In this document: positions 20,347-30,441 of the stretch, piece after piece
Layout: every line of letters begins with the position of its first letter
How positions within the stretch are numbered: position 1 is the first letter of the stretch
Source: Vulcanimicrobiota bacterium
GTDB taxonomy: Bacteria > Vulcanimicrobiota > Vulcanimicrobiia > Vulcanimicrobiales > Vulcanimicrobiaceae
Direction of reading: 5' to 3'
Assembly: GCA_963812155.1 (NCBI GenBank)
Contig: CAWETW010000003.1
Coordinates: 384,001 to 448,000 of the forward strand
DNA length: 64,000 nt
Position numbers and translations under genes: made by a program
The notes under the pieces: generated by a model
The model's database searches: none
Told to the model about the DNA's origin: nothing
What the model saw: only the letters and a program-made list of their open reading frames with translations

Positions 20347-20447
20347 TGCCGTTCGAGCCGGCCGCAGACTCACGCTGCGTTCGGCTACTCCACCTCCGAC
20401 GGCAGGGTCAATGCGCAACTCCGCCCGGAGAAGGCGATTCTACCGGA

Positions 20448-20852
20448 TTACGTGCTCGAAAACAATACGCCCGCGCTCAAAAGCCACCCGTAAATTGCGG
20501 CCAACGCCCAGTTCACGATGTGGCCCGTCCAGCAATACGCGCAAGGTCGCCTCGTTACGAAGAGGAGCGAGTATGCGAGCACGGCCGACGTGAGCGCCGC
20601 AAACGCGATTGCGGCCCCCAGCGCCGCGGCCGTCAACGGCGTTCGAACGAGCCACACCGCGATCGCCACAACGGGGTAGTAGGCTGCGCCGAGCAGTGCG
20701 TTGGAGGCTCCTCCGTAGAGCCGCGCCCGCGGCGTCTGGACGACGCTCTCCTCCGTCAGCTCGCCGCGCTCGGCGCGGCGGGTCTTCGCCAGCATGAAAA
20801 GCGCGGCGTAGAGACCAACACCGCACAGCAACGTCATGATAGCCTTTGGCAC
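20448..20852 (-). CDS. VKOR-like membrane protein
   Basis: Four hydrophobic segments; SNALLG..YY and C-terminal CAYCW..H motif. Confidence 0.7.
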   Translation of the reverse strand: MPKAIMTLLCGVGLYAALFMLAKTRRAERGELTEESVVQTPRARLYGGASNALLGAAYYPVVAIAVWLVRTPLTAAALGAAIAFAALTSAVLAYSLLFVTRRPCAYCWTGHIVNWALAAIYGWLLSAGVLFSST

Positions 20853-20855
20853 CGC

Positions 20856-21518
20856 TTGACTCGATTCTTTCGGCGTAGCGCCGGGCTGGGGATATTGCTG
20901 GCCTCCTTTGCGCTGGCCTACTTCGTCATCCGCTATCAGCCGCAGGTCGAGCACGAGATCCGCAGCATCGGCCTGCTCGCCTACCCGCTGGCAATAGCCG
21001 TCTTCGCGCTCGTGGCTTCGGCGCCGTTCTCCGTGACCGATGCGCTGGCCGTCATGAACGGCGCCATCTTCGGACCCGTGCACGGCACCATCGTGGATAC
21101 GATCGGCCTGGTGCTCGCCGCGATGATCGGCTACTGGGTGAACGTGCGCGCCTCCGCGCTGCTCGATCTGAACGACTATCTGCAGCGCCTGCCGCCGTGG
21201 GTCAAGCGTTTCCCGGTGGGCTCGCCCGCCTTCCTGATCGCGGTCCGCGTCATACCCGGGTTCGGTGGAACCGTAGCGACGGCGACCGCCGCCACCTTCA
21301 AAGTCCCGTTGTGGGTGCACGTCTGGACGATGTGCGCGATTGCGGTACCGATCTGCACGGTGTTGACGATTTTCGGGGATCGCGTCACCGTTTTCGTGCA
21401 CGGCGTCACCAAGCGCTACGAATATCGCTTCCATCACTACTGCCAGACGCACCGCTGTCCGCACTTCCGCTTCCGAGTACACGAAAGCCCGCCGCCGGCG
21501 GTGCGGCCCTCGCCGTGA
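20856..21518 (+). CDS. VTT/DedA (TVP38-like) membrane protein
   Basis: Hydrophobic; GAIFGPVHG and RVIPG motifs; start approximate. Confidence 0.75.
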   Translation: MTRFFRRSAGLGILLASFALAYFVIRYQPQVEHEIRSIGLLAYPLAIAVFALVASAPFSVTDALAVMNGAIFGPVHGTIVDTIGLVLAAMIGYWVNVRASALLDLNDYLQRLPPWVKRFPVGSPAFLIAVRVIPGFGGTVATATAATFKVPLWVHVWTMCAIAVPICTVLTIFGDRVTVFVHGVTKRYEYRFHHYCQTHRCPHFRFRVHESPPPAVRPSP

Positions 21519-22709
21519 ACGCGCCGCTCATCGTCGCCGACGCCGGCTCGTTCGAGCGACTCTGCGCGCGCGTCGAAACCGAACGGCGCATCGCGCTCGA
21601 CACGGAGTTTCATACCGAACGCAGTTACGCGCCGAGATTGATGGTCGTGCAGCTCGCCTTCGACGACGGCACGGCTATCGTCGATCCGCTTGGCGATCGC
21701 CGATCTGCGTCCGCTGGTCGCCCGCCTCGTCGAAAAAACGATCGTCGGACACGCCCTCTCGTCGGATCTCAAGATTTTCGCCGATCGCTTCGAGATGGTG
21801 CCGGCGAACGTCTTCGACACGCAAGTCGCGGCGGCGTTTCTCGGTTACGGCATGCAGATTTCGCTCGCGGATTTGGTGCGCGACGTGCAGCACGTCCGTT
21901 TGGCGAAATCGCAAACGGTGAGCGACTGGTCGGCGCGTCCGTTCACGCCTAAGCAACTCGAATATCTCGTCGACGACGTCGCGCATCTGCTGCCGATGTA
22001 CGACGCGCTGCGCGAACGGTTGGAGCATATGGGGCGGTACGAGTGGGCGCTCGAGGAGTGCGTCGAGCTGGGTGAAATCGCGCGCTACCGTAACGACGAG
22101 CAGCGCGCGTACCTGCGAATTCCCGGCGCGATGCGAATGAACCGGCGCGAACTCGGCATCCTCAACGAACTCGTGAAGCTGCGCGATCGCATCGCGCGCG
22201 AGCGCGACATTCCGCTCAAGTACGTGATGCCCGACGACGTCGTCAGGCGGCCTGGCGACGCTGCGGCCCAAACGCATCGACGATCTCGCGCAGCTGCGCC
22301 GGCTCGACGCGGGCGCGCGCCGCCAGCTGGGCCCCGCAATTCTGGAAGCCGTGGCGCGCGGCGAAGCCCTCGACGAACGCGTCCTCCCGGAAAGGCCGAA
22401 GCGGCCCCTCGGGTGCGTCGCGCGATACGCTGGCAGCGCTGCTGGGCGTGGTTGTCGGCGAGATCGCCCGCGAGACGGGACTACCGCCCAACCTGCTCGT
22501 GCCGCGTGCCGCGCTCGAACGCGTCGCACGCGAAGTGCCGCGCGATCGCGAACGCTTCGAAGAACTGCTCGCATTGCGTCCGTGGCGTCTCGATCTCGTG
22601 GCCGATCCGTTGTGGCGACTGCTCTCGGGCGAGGCCGGCCTCGACGATCGAAGGCTACGCGGACGGGAACCCGAAAATACGATTTTCCCATGACCTCGCA
22701 CGCGAATAG
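21515..22709 (+). CDS. rnd: Ribonuclease D (frameshifted in this sequence)
   Basis: ALDTEF..ERSY.P.L, FDTQVAAAFLG, SDWS.RP, HRDC RD.IARERD.P spread over several frames. Confidence 0.88.
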
Positions 22710-25442
22710 CTTCAACGCGATCGATACGCTTCGCGTCGGCGATCGCGACTACACGTACTTTCGACTCGACGCGCTCGAACGCGCCGGCCTCGCGAAGCTC
22801 GCGCGACTGCCGTTTTCGCTGAAGATTCTGCTCGAAAATTTGCTGCGCTTCGAAGACGGACGTTCGGTTACCGAAGCGCGACGTCGAAGCGCTCGCGCGA
22901 TGGTCGCCCACGGCTCGACACGAGAAGGAGATCGCGTTCCGGCCCGCGCGCGTGCTGCTGCAAGATTTCACCGGCGTTCCGTGCGTCGTCGATCTTGGCG
23001 GCGATGCGCGACGCGATGGCCGAGATGGGCGGCGATCCCACGGCGATCAATCCGCTGCAGCCGGTCGAACTGGTCATCGATCACTCGGTGCAGGTCGACT
23101 ACTTCGGCTCGGACGCCGCGCTGGCGAAGAATGCCGATCTCGAGTTCGAGCGCAACCGCGAGCGCTATGCGTTCCTGAAGTGGGGACAGTCGGCGCTGCG
23201 CGGCTTCCGCGCGGTTCCGCCCGACACCGGCATCGTGCATCAGGTCAACATCGAGTATCTCGCGCGCGTCGTCTTCGGCGTGGCGACGCGATGCGTCGCG
23301 AGACGTCCGCGTCGCCTATCCCGACACCGCGGTCGGCACCGATTCGCACACGACGATGGTCAACGGGCTCGGCGTGCTCGCGTGGGGCGTCGGCGGTATC
23401 GAAGCCGAAGCCGCGATGCTCGGTCAGCCGGTGACGATGCTCATTCCCGAAGTCGTCGGCGTCCGGCTCGACGGCGAGTTGCGCGAGGGCGTCACGGCGA
23501 CCGATCTCGTGCTGACGATCACGCGAGATGCTGCGCACGCAGGGCGTCGTCGGAAAGTTCGTCGAGTTCTTCGGCAAGCGGTCTCTCCGCGCTGCCCGTC
23601 GCCGATCGCACGACGATCGGCAACATGTCGCCGGAGTTCGGTTCGACCGTCGCGATCTTTCCGATCGACGATCGCACGCTCGAGTATCTGCGCCTCACGG
23701 GACGGGCGCCCGCGCACATCGCGCTCGTCGAAGCGTATGCGAAGGCGCAAGGGCTGTTTCGCACCGACGCGACGCCCGATCCTGAGTTCACCGACGGTGC
23801 TACACCTCGATCTCTCGACCGTCGAACCGAGCCTCGCCGGGCCGCGCCGTCCGCAGGACCGCGTCGCGCTCGCCGACGTCAAGCGCACGTTCGGCGTTGC
23901 GATGGAAGAGTGGATCGCGCAGCGCAGCGGTGCAAACAATGCGATCGCGCGCTTTCAGGACGAAGGCGGCGGCGGAACCGCGACGATCGCGCAGACGGCG
24001 ACCGACGTCTCGCGACGGCGCGGTCGTCATTGCGGCGATCACGAGCTGCACGAACACGTCGAATCCGTCGGTGCTCGTCGGCGCCGGATTGCTCGCGCGC
24101 AACGCGCTTCGGCGCGGACTGAAGACGCAGCCGTGGGTGAAGACGTCGCTTGCGCCGGGTTCGAAAGTCGTGACCGATTATCTTGGCAAAGGCGGGTCTG
24201 CAAGAGTACCTCGACGCGCTCGGCTTCAACCTCGTCGGATACGGCTGCACGACGTGCATCGGAAACTCCGGACCGCTGCCGCCCGACGTCGCGGAAACCG
24301 TCGCCGATCAGCGACCTCGATCGTCGCGGCGGTGCTCTCCGGCAATCGCAACTTCGAAGGGCGCATCCATCCGCAGGTGCGCGCGAACTATCTCGCGTCG
24401 CCGCCGCTGGTCGTCGCCTACGCGCTGACCGGTCGCATGGACGTCGATCTCACCACCGAGCCGCTCGGCCGCGGCAGCGACGGCAAGCCGGTCTACCTCA
24501 AGGACATCTGGCCGAGCGACGACGAGATCGACGAGGTGATGGCGCGCTGCGTCAACGACGAGATGTTCAAAGCGCGCTACTCCGACGTCTTCCGCGGCGA
24601 CGACAACTGGGCGAAGCTCACGGTGCCGACGAGCGAGCGTTACGCGTGGGATCCCGCAGTCGGAGTACGTCAAGAAGCCGCCGTACTTCGACGGGCATGC
24701 CCGCGCAGCCGGTGCCGCCGCTCGACATCGCCGGCGCGCGCGCGCTCGCCGTGCTCGGCGATTCGGTGACGACCGATCACATCTCGCCGGCCGGCAACAT
24801 CGCGCGCAACAGCCCCGCCGGCGAAGTACTCTGATGGAACACGGCATCGAGCCGAAGGATTTCAACTCGTACGGCTCGCGGCGCGGCAATCACGAGGTGA
24901 TGGTGCGCGGCACGTTCGCCAACGTGCGGCTGCGCAACCATCTCGTTCCCGGCGTCGAAGGCGGCGTCACGCGGCATTTGCCGACCGGCGAAGCAGATGT
25001 CGATCTTCGATGCTGCGATGAAATATCGCGACGAGGGCACGCCGCTGATCGTGCTTGCCGGCCGGGAGTACGGTTCGGGGTCGTCGCGCGACTGGGCGGC
25101 CAAGGGGCCGTATCTGCTCGGGATCAAGGCCGTGATCGCGGAGTCGTTCGAGCGCATTCACCGCAGCAATCTCATCGGCATGGGCATGCTGCCGCTCGAG
25201 TACATCGACGGCACACGCATCAGTCGACGTACGGCCTCACCGGCGAAGAAATCTTCGACGTCACCGGGATCGCCGCCGGCATCACGCCGCGCATGCGCGC
25301 AACGGTCAAAGCCACCGACGCCGCAACCGGCAGGTCGATCGAGTTCAAGGTTCGCGTCCGCATCGACACGCCCGACGAAGCCGAATACTACCGCCACGGC
25401 GGCATCTTGCAGTACGTCCTGCGCCAACTCATGGTGTCATAG
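22690..25442 (+). CDS. acnA: Aconitate hydratase A (multiple frameshifts)
   Basis: [84 protein letters not shown]. Confidence 0.95.
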
Positions 25443-25453
25443 CACGCTTTGGG

Positions 25454-25544
25454 TATTATCGTGAGCGTCGTTTAGGTGTCATCCTGAGCAACCTTTGGGT
25501 GTCATCCTGAGCGGAGCATCGCGAAGCGATGCGCAGTCGAAGGA
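25454..25544 (+). repeat. TGTCATCC repeat array, left of TMEM175 gene
   Basis: Units at 25454 (degenerate), 25477 (short) and 25500 (full; hairpin GCATCGC-GAA-GCGATGC); 23-bp spacing. Confidence 0.9.
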
Positions 25545-25554
25545 CGGGCGTGAA

Positions 25555-26190
25555 ATGAACGGCGACGAGCGTACGCTCCATCGGCTCGAAGCGTTCTCCG
25601 ACATCGTCATCGGATTTTGCATCGCCGAGATGGGCCTCAACCTGGTCGTGCCGAAAACGGCCGCGCAACTGCCGTCAATCGTCATCGGAACCGACGGTTT
25701 CGTTACCTCATTCGTTCTCATCGCGATCGTCTGGTGGATCCACCATCGGCTCTTCAAAAGCATATTCGTGCTCAATACCGCAATGGTGATCGTGAACTTC
25801 GCGATGCTGGGTGCGCTGGTGTTGATGGTGTACTTCCAGCAGATCTGCGTGCACCTGATCGCGATTGGCGACGACGTAACCGTCGCGGTGCAGCTCTGGC
25901 TCGTCAGTTACAGCGTGGTCTATGCGCTCGTTGCCGTCATGCTGTGGTACGGCCTGCGGGTCCGATGGCGGATGCTCTCCGAGGATGATTTGCGCTGGGC
26001 GTTCGGCCGCGCCGCCTTAGTCTCGCTCGGATCGCTCATCTTCATCGCCTACGCGCTCATCTTTAAGTATCGAGTCCACTCGAGCGAACTCTTCCTCATA
26101 CTGGCCGTCGTGATAGTGGCGGCACGCTTTGCCGTCAACGGCGTCGTCTCGCGCGTTATCAGCCGCCGCGCGCCGGCTGTGCCAAGCTAA
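25555..26190 (+). CDS. TMEM175 family (DUF1211) putative K+ channel
   Basis: RLEAFSD signature, WWIHHRLF, about six TM segments. Confidence 0.85.
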   Translation: MNGDERTLHRLEAFSDIVIGFCIAEMGLNLVVPKTAAQLPSIVIGTDGFVTSFVLIAIVWWIHHRLFKSIFVLNTAMVIVNFAMLGALVLMVYFQQICVHLIAIGDDVTVAVQLWLVSYSVVYALVAVMLWYGLRVRWRMLSEDDLRWAFGRAALVSLGSLIFIAYALIFKYRVHSSELFLILAVVIVAARFAVNGVVSRVISRRAPAVPS

Positions 26191-26193
26191 CCG

Positions 26194-26271
26194 TCCTTCG
26201 ACTGCGGGCTCCTTCGACGCGCTCGCTGCGCGAACTCCACTCAGGATGACATGCCTCCGCTCGGGATAACA
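26194..26271 (-). repeat. TGTCATCC repeat array, right of TMEM175 gene (inverted)
   Basis: TCCTTCGACTGC at 26194; near-full unit 26210-26251; short unit CTCCGCTCGGGATAACA ending 26271. Confidence 0.88.
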
Positions 26272-26348
26272 TGGTTGTTCAACACGGCTACGCCGCTCGA
26301 GTACTGCCCGCGGAGATGGCGCTCACAGCGACGAAGCACAGTGGGTCT

Positions 26349-28829
26349 ATGGAAAGCGAGGGGCGCCACAGCATCTCTTTGGATTTTGGACGCCTGTTGC
26401 GGCGACTTCGCTTAGGGGCGGGGCTTTCACAGGAGGCGCTTGCGGAACGGGCGCGGATGAGTACCACCGGAGTCGGTGCGCTGGAACGCGGCTATCGCCG
26501 AAATCCCCAACGCGAGACGATCGCGCTTTTGTCCGAGGCATTGGCGCTGAACGACGACCAGCTACGGGAGTTCGAGGCGGTGGCGCGCTCGGGAGCATCG
26601 CGACGCGTCGGCGGCGGCTCGCGCGCCGCTGAATCCGTCTGCGACACCACACGGTCGAATCTTCCGCGGCCGCTAACCAGTTTTTTTGGCCGCGACGACG
26701 ACGTGGCCAGCGTCAAAGATTCGTTGAAGAGCCACCGCCTGGTCACGCTCACCGGGTCCGCAGGCGTCGGAAAGACGCGCCTTGCCATTCACGTCGGCGA
26801 GGAACTTCTCGATCGATATCTTGACGGCGTATGGTTTGCGGATTTCGCTACAATAAGCGATCCGGAGCTCGTCGCGAGCGTCGCCGCTCAAGCCGTCGGG
26901 ATGAGCCAAAAGGAAGAACGTCGCGTCGATGAGGCGATTGCACAATGGCTTCGACGCAAGAACGTGTTGCTGATCTTCGACAACTGCGAGCACGTTTGGG
27001 AGGTGGCGGCGGCGCTCGCACACACAATTTTGACGGCGGCGCAGGACGTCCGCATTTTAGCGACGTCGCGTCGACGCCTTTACGTCGGCGGAGAAACGGT
27101 TTATCGGCTACCGTCACTCGCCGTTCCCCAAGAATCATCCCGCTTGACGAGCGACCTCGCGCTGCGCTACAGCGCCGTAGCGCTGTTCGCAGATCGCGCC
27201 AAAGCCGCCGACGCAGCTTTTGCGCTCGATGACGAAAGCGCACCAATCATTTCGAAGATCTGCCGGCGGCTCGACGGCATTCCACTCGCGATCGAACTCG
27301 CAGCCGCGCGCGTCACGGTGCTATCGATTCCTAACCTCGCGCAGCGGCTCAACGAACGCTTCGGGCTTCTCACCAGCGGAAGCCGTCTCGCGCTTCCGCG
27401 GCAACAGACGCTCTTGGCATTAATCGACTGGAGCTTCGAGTTGCTTGAACCGAAAGAACAATTATTTTTTGCTCGTTTAGGCATTCTTGCCGGCGGTTTC
27501 GATATCGATACCGCTGCGTCGGTGTGCGCAGGCGACGCTCTCGAGGAACCCTCCGTCCTCGAGCTACTCGTATCGCTGGTCGACAAATCACTCATCGTTG
27601 CCGATACGACCGGCGAACGGGAGCGCTTCCGGCTTCTCGAATCGACAGCGGCGTACGCGCTGGAGAAACTGAAGGCGTTGGGCGAATACGAACGCTTGGC
27701 ACGCCGTCACGCCGAGTATTTTCGTAACCAGGCCACGATTGCCGACGAAAAATACGGCTCGGACTCAACGATCGGGTGGGTTAAGGCCGCCAAACTCGAA
27801 CTTGACAATTATAGAGCCGCGTTGGAGTGGACGTTAACGCGAGAGAACGATGCCGTGGTGGGCGGCGCAATTGCGGGCGCGTTGGGATGGCTTTGGTGGC
27901 AAGCTGCTCTGGGAGTCGAAGGCCGTTACTGGATTGAACTCGCTCTCGCGCGCGTCGGCAAAGACGATCACCCGGCAATCGTGGCGAGCCTCTGGATGGC
28001 GTCGAGCCTGCTTACCAATGGGAAGCGCAAATACGAGGCGGCTCAGAAGGCCGTAGCGCTGTATGAGGCATCATGTAATCTGCAAGGTACCGCTCGTGCG
28101 CGCCGATTTATTGGTTGGTCGTTGTATCATATGGGGCGCTTCGATGAGGCGCGCGAGGAGATCGATCGGGCGGCCGGCGCGTCGTTGTCGTGCGGGGACG
28201 AGTCGAGCGCGGCATACTGTCTCCTCCTGATGGGTCTTATCGAGATGAGCCGAGGCGACTTTGCGACCGGACGCACGCTATTCAATCAGGGAATAGCCAA
28301 GCTCAATGCGCTTGGGGACGAACTCGGCAGTTCCATTGCATTGGGCAACATGGCGGAACTGGAATTTGCATCGGACGATCCGATGCAAGCCTTGCGGTAT
28401 GCCAACCAGGCACTCGCCATCGTCGCGACGGGGAGGACGCTAGCGCTGACGGCCATGTGGCATGCCAACAGTGCGATTTATCGCGTCGCCGTCGGCGATT
28501 TGGCTGGAGCAACCGAGTCGGCGCGCTCGGCGGTGGAGCTGGCTCAGCCCGAACAAGACAATCTATCCGTGGCTACTGCCCTTCAACACCTTGCCCTACT
28601 CGCATCGCTCGCCGGCGATAAACGACGCGCAGCTCAGGTGCTAGGCTACGTGAATAAGCAATACGACCGGTTTGGTATCACACGCGGGCATACGGAGCAA
28701 TGGGGCTACACGAAGCTCGTGACGGCGTTGCGCGAGGAGTTGATGGATGATGAGATCGCGGAACGTGCAATCGAAGGCGGATCTTGGACGGAAGATCGAG
28801 CGGTCGAAGAGGCGCTAAAAGAGCAATAG
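26349..28829 (+). CDS. XRE HTH - STAND (NB-ARC-like) ATPase - TPR regulator; start uncertain (ORF open from 26271)
   Basis: LSQEALAERA..LERG HTH; NLP.PLTSFFGR, GSAGVGKTRLA, LLIFDNCEH, RLDGIPLAIELAAAR; TPR-like helical C-terminus. Confidence 0.88.
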   Translation: MESEGRHSISLDFGRLLRRLRLGAGLSQEALAERARMSTTGVGALERGYRRNPQRETIALLSEALALNDDQLREFEAVARSGASRRVGGGSRAAESVCDTTRSNLPRPLTSFFGRDDDVASVKDSLKSHRLVTLTGSAGVGKTRLAIHVGEELLDRYLDGVWFADFATISDPELVASVAAQAVGMSQKEERRVDEAIAQWLRRKNVLLIFDNCEHVWEVAAALAHTILTAAQDVRILATSRRRLYVGGETVYRLPSLAVPQESSRLTSDLALRYSAVALFADRAKAADAAFALDDESAPIISKICRRLDGIPLAIELAAARVTVLSIPNLAQRLNERFGLLTSGSRLALPRQQTLLALIDWSFELLEPKEQLFFARLGILAGGFDIDTAASVCAGDALEEPSVLELLVSLVDKSLIVADTTGERERFRLLESTAAYALEKLKALGEYERLARRHAEYFRNQATIADEKYGSDSTIGWVKAAKLELDNYRAALEWTLTRENDAVVGGAIAGALGWLWWQAALGVEGRYWIELALARVGKDDHPAIVASLWMASSLLTNGKRKYEAAQKAVALYEASCNLQGTARARRFIGWSLYHMGRFDEAREEIDRAAGASLSCGDESSAAYCLLLMGLIEMSRGDFATGRTLFNQGIAKLNALGDELGSSIALGNMAELEFASDDPMQALRYANQALAIVATGRTLALTAMWHANSAIYRVAVGDLAGATESARSAVELAQPEQDNLSVATALQHLALLASLAGDKRRAAQVLGYVNKQYDRFGITRGHTEQWGYTKLVTALREELMDDEIAERAIEGGSWTEDRAVEEALKEQ

Positions 28830-28837
28830 GAGAGCGC

Positions 28838-30431
28838 CTAGAGCGAGACCCGTTTGAAATCGCGCAGCAGCGCGGCGACGTAGGCGAGGAAACGCGCGGC
28901 GCCGGCGCCGTCGATGACGCGATGATCGTAACTGACGCTGATCGGCAGCATGAGGCGCGGAACGAACTCGCTGCCGTTCCATACCGGTTTCATCGACGTT
29001 CTCACCGCGCCAAGTATCGCGACTTCGGGGGCGTTGACGATTTGCGTGAAGGCGGTGCCGCCGATGCCGCCGATCGACGAGATCGTAAACGTTCCGCCCT
29101 GCATGTCGCCCAAGCCCAGTTTGCCGTCGCGCGCTTTTGCCGCGAGTTCCGACGTCTCGGGCGGCGATTTCGAGCAAGCCCTTCGAGTCGGCGCCCTTGA
29201 GAACCGGAACGACCAGGCCGTTCGGCGTGTCGGCGGCGAAGCCGATGTTGTAGTAGCGCTTGTAGACGAGTTCGTCGCCGTCGAGCGATGCGTTGAACTC
29301 GGGAAAGCGCTGCAGCGCGGCGACCGACACCTTGATGAGGAACGCCAGCATCGTGAGTTTGGCGCCGCCCGCGTTTGCTTTGTTCCGCGTTGATTTCGTT
29401 GCGGAACGCTTCGAGATCGGTGACGTCGGCTTCGTCGTAGTTCGTGATGTGCGGAATCTGCAGCCAGTTGCGATGCAGGTTCGGTCCGGAGAGCTTCTTG
29501 ATGCGCGGCAGCGGCTTGCGTTCGATCTCACCGAACTGCGCGAAGTCGACCTTCGGCCACGCGGGAAGGCCCGCAAACGTGGCCGCCGCTCGACGGCTCG
29601 CTGCGCGCAGCGCGCTCTTCACGAAACCCTGCACGTCTTCGCGCGTGATCCGGCCGTGCGGGCCGCTGCCGCGCAGACCGGCGAGATTCACGCCGAGTTC
29701 GCGCGCGAAACGCCGGATCGCCGGGCTCGCATGCACGCCGCCGGCTGCCGCAACCGGTTCGGGCGAAGCGGAGGGCGTAGCCGCTGAGGAAGGTTGCGGT
29801 TGCGCCGGCTTCGTTTGTGGCTGCGATTGCGCCGCGGAAGCAGCGGGGGCCGTTTCCGCTTTAGCGTCCGCCGCTGGTTTGCAGCGTTGCGATGACGCTG
29901 CCGTGCGACACTTTGTCGCCGGGTTTGACGCTGACGGTCTGCGATCGTCCCGGCGGCCGACGCCGGCACTTCCATCGACGCCTTCTCGCTCTCGAGCACC
30001 GCGAGCGGCGCTTCCTTGACGATCGTCTGCCCGGGCTTGACGAGCACTTCGACGACCGGCACGTCTTTGAAATCGCCGATGTCGGGCACGACGAGATCGA
30101 TCGTCGTGCCACCCGCGCTCGCGGCAGATTCCGGCGGTGCAGGCGCCGGCGACGCCGCCGGTTTTTCGTCGCGTGCGGCACTCGCGTCGCCGTTCGCAGC
30201 GATCGTGAGCAGCACGGTTCCTTCCGAGACCTTGTCGCCGACTCGTACCTTCACGTCGCGTACCGTCCCGGACGCCGTCGAAGGCACTTCCATCGACGCC
30301 TTTTCGCTCTCGAGCACGACGAGCGGCGCTTCTTTGGAGACGCTTTGCCCCGGCTTGACCAGCACTTCAACCACCGGAACGTCTTTGAAATCGCCGATAT
30401 CGGGAACGCTGACGTCGATCGTCCGGCTCAT
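28838..30431 (-). CDS. aceF: Pyruvate dehydrogenase E2, two lipoyl domains (frameshifted)
   Basis: Two [18 protein letters not shown] lipoyl domains, [22 protein letters not shown]. Confidence 0.93.
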
Positions 30432-30441
30432 TGCACGCTCC

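Noticed and set aside
25495..25554. N-terminal extension of TMEM175 (MGVILSG...)
   Set aside because: Derived from the repeat; the ATG at 25555 just before RLEAFSD is the more plausible start.
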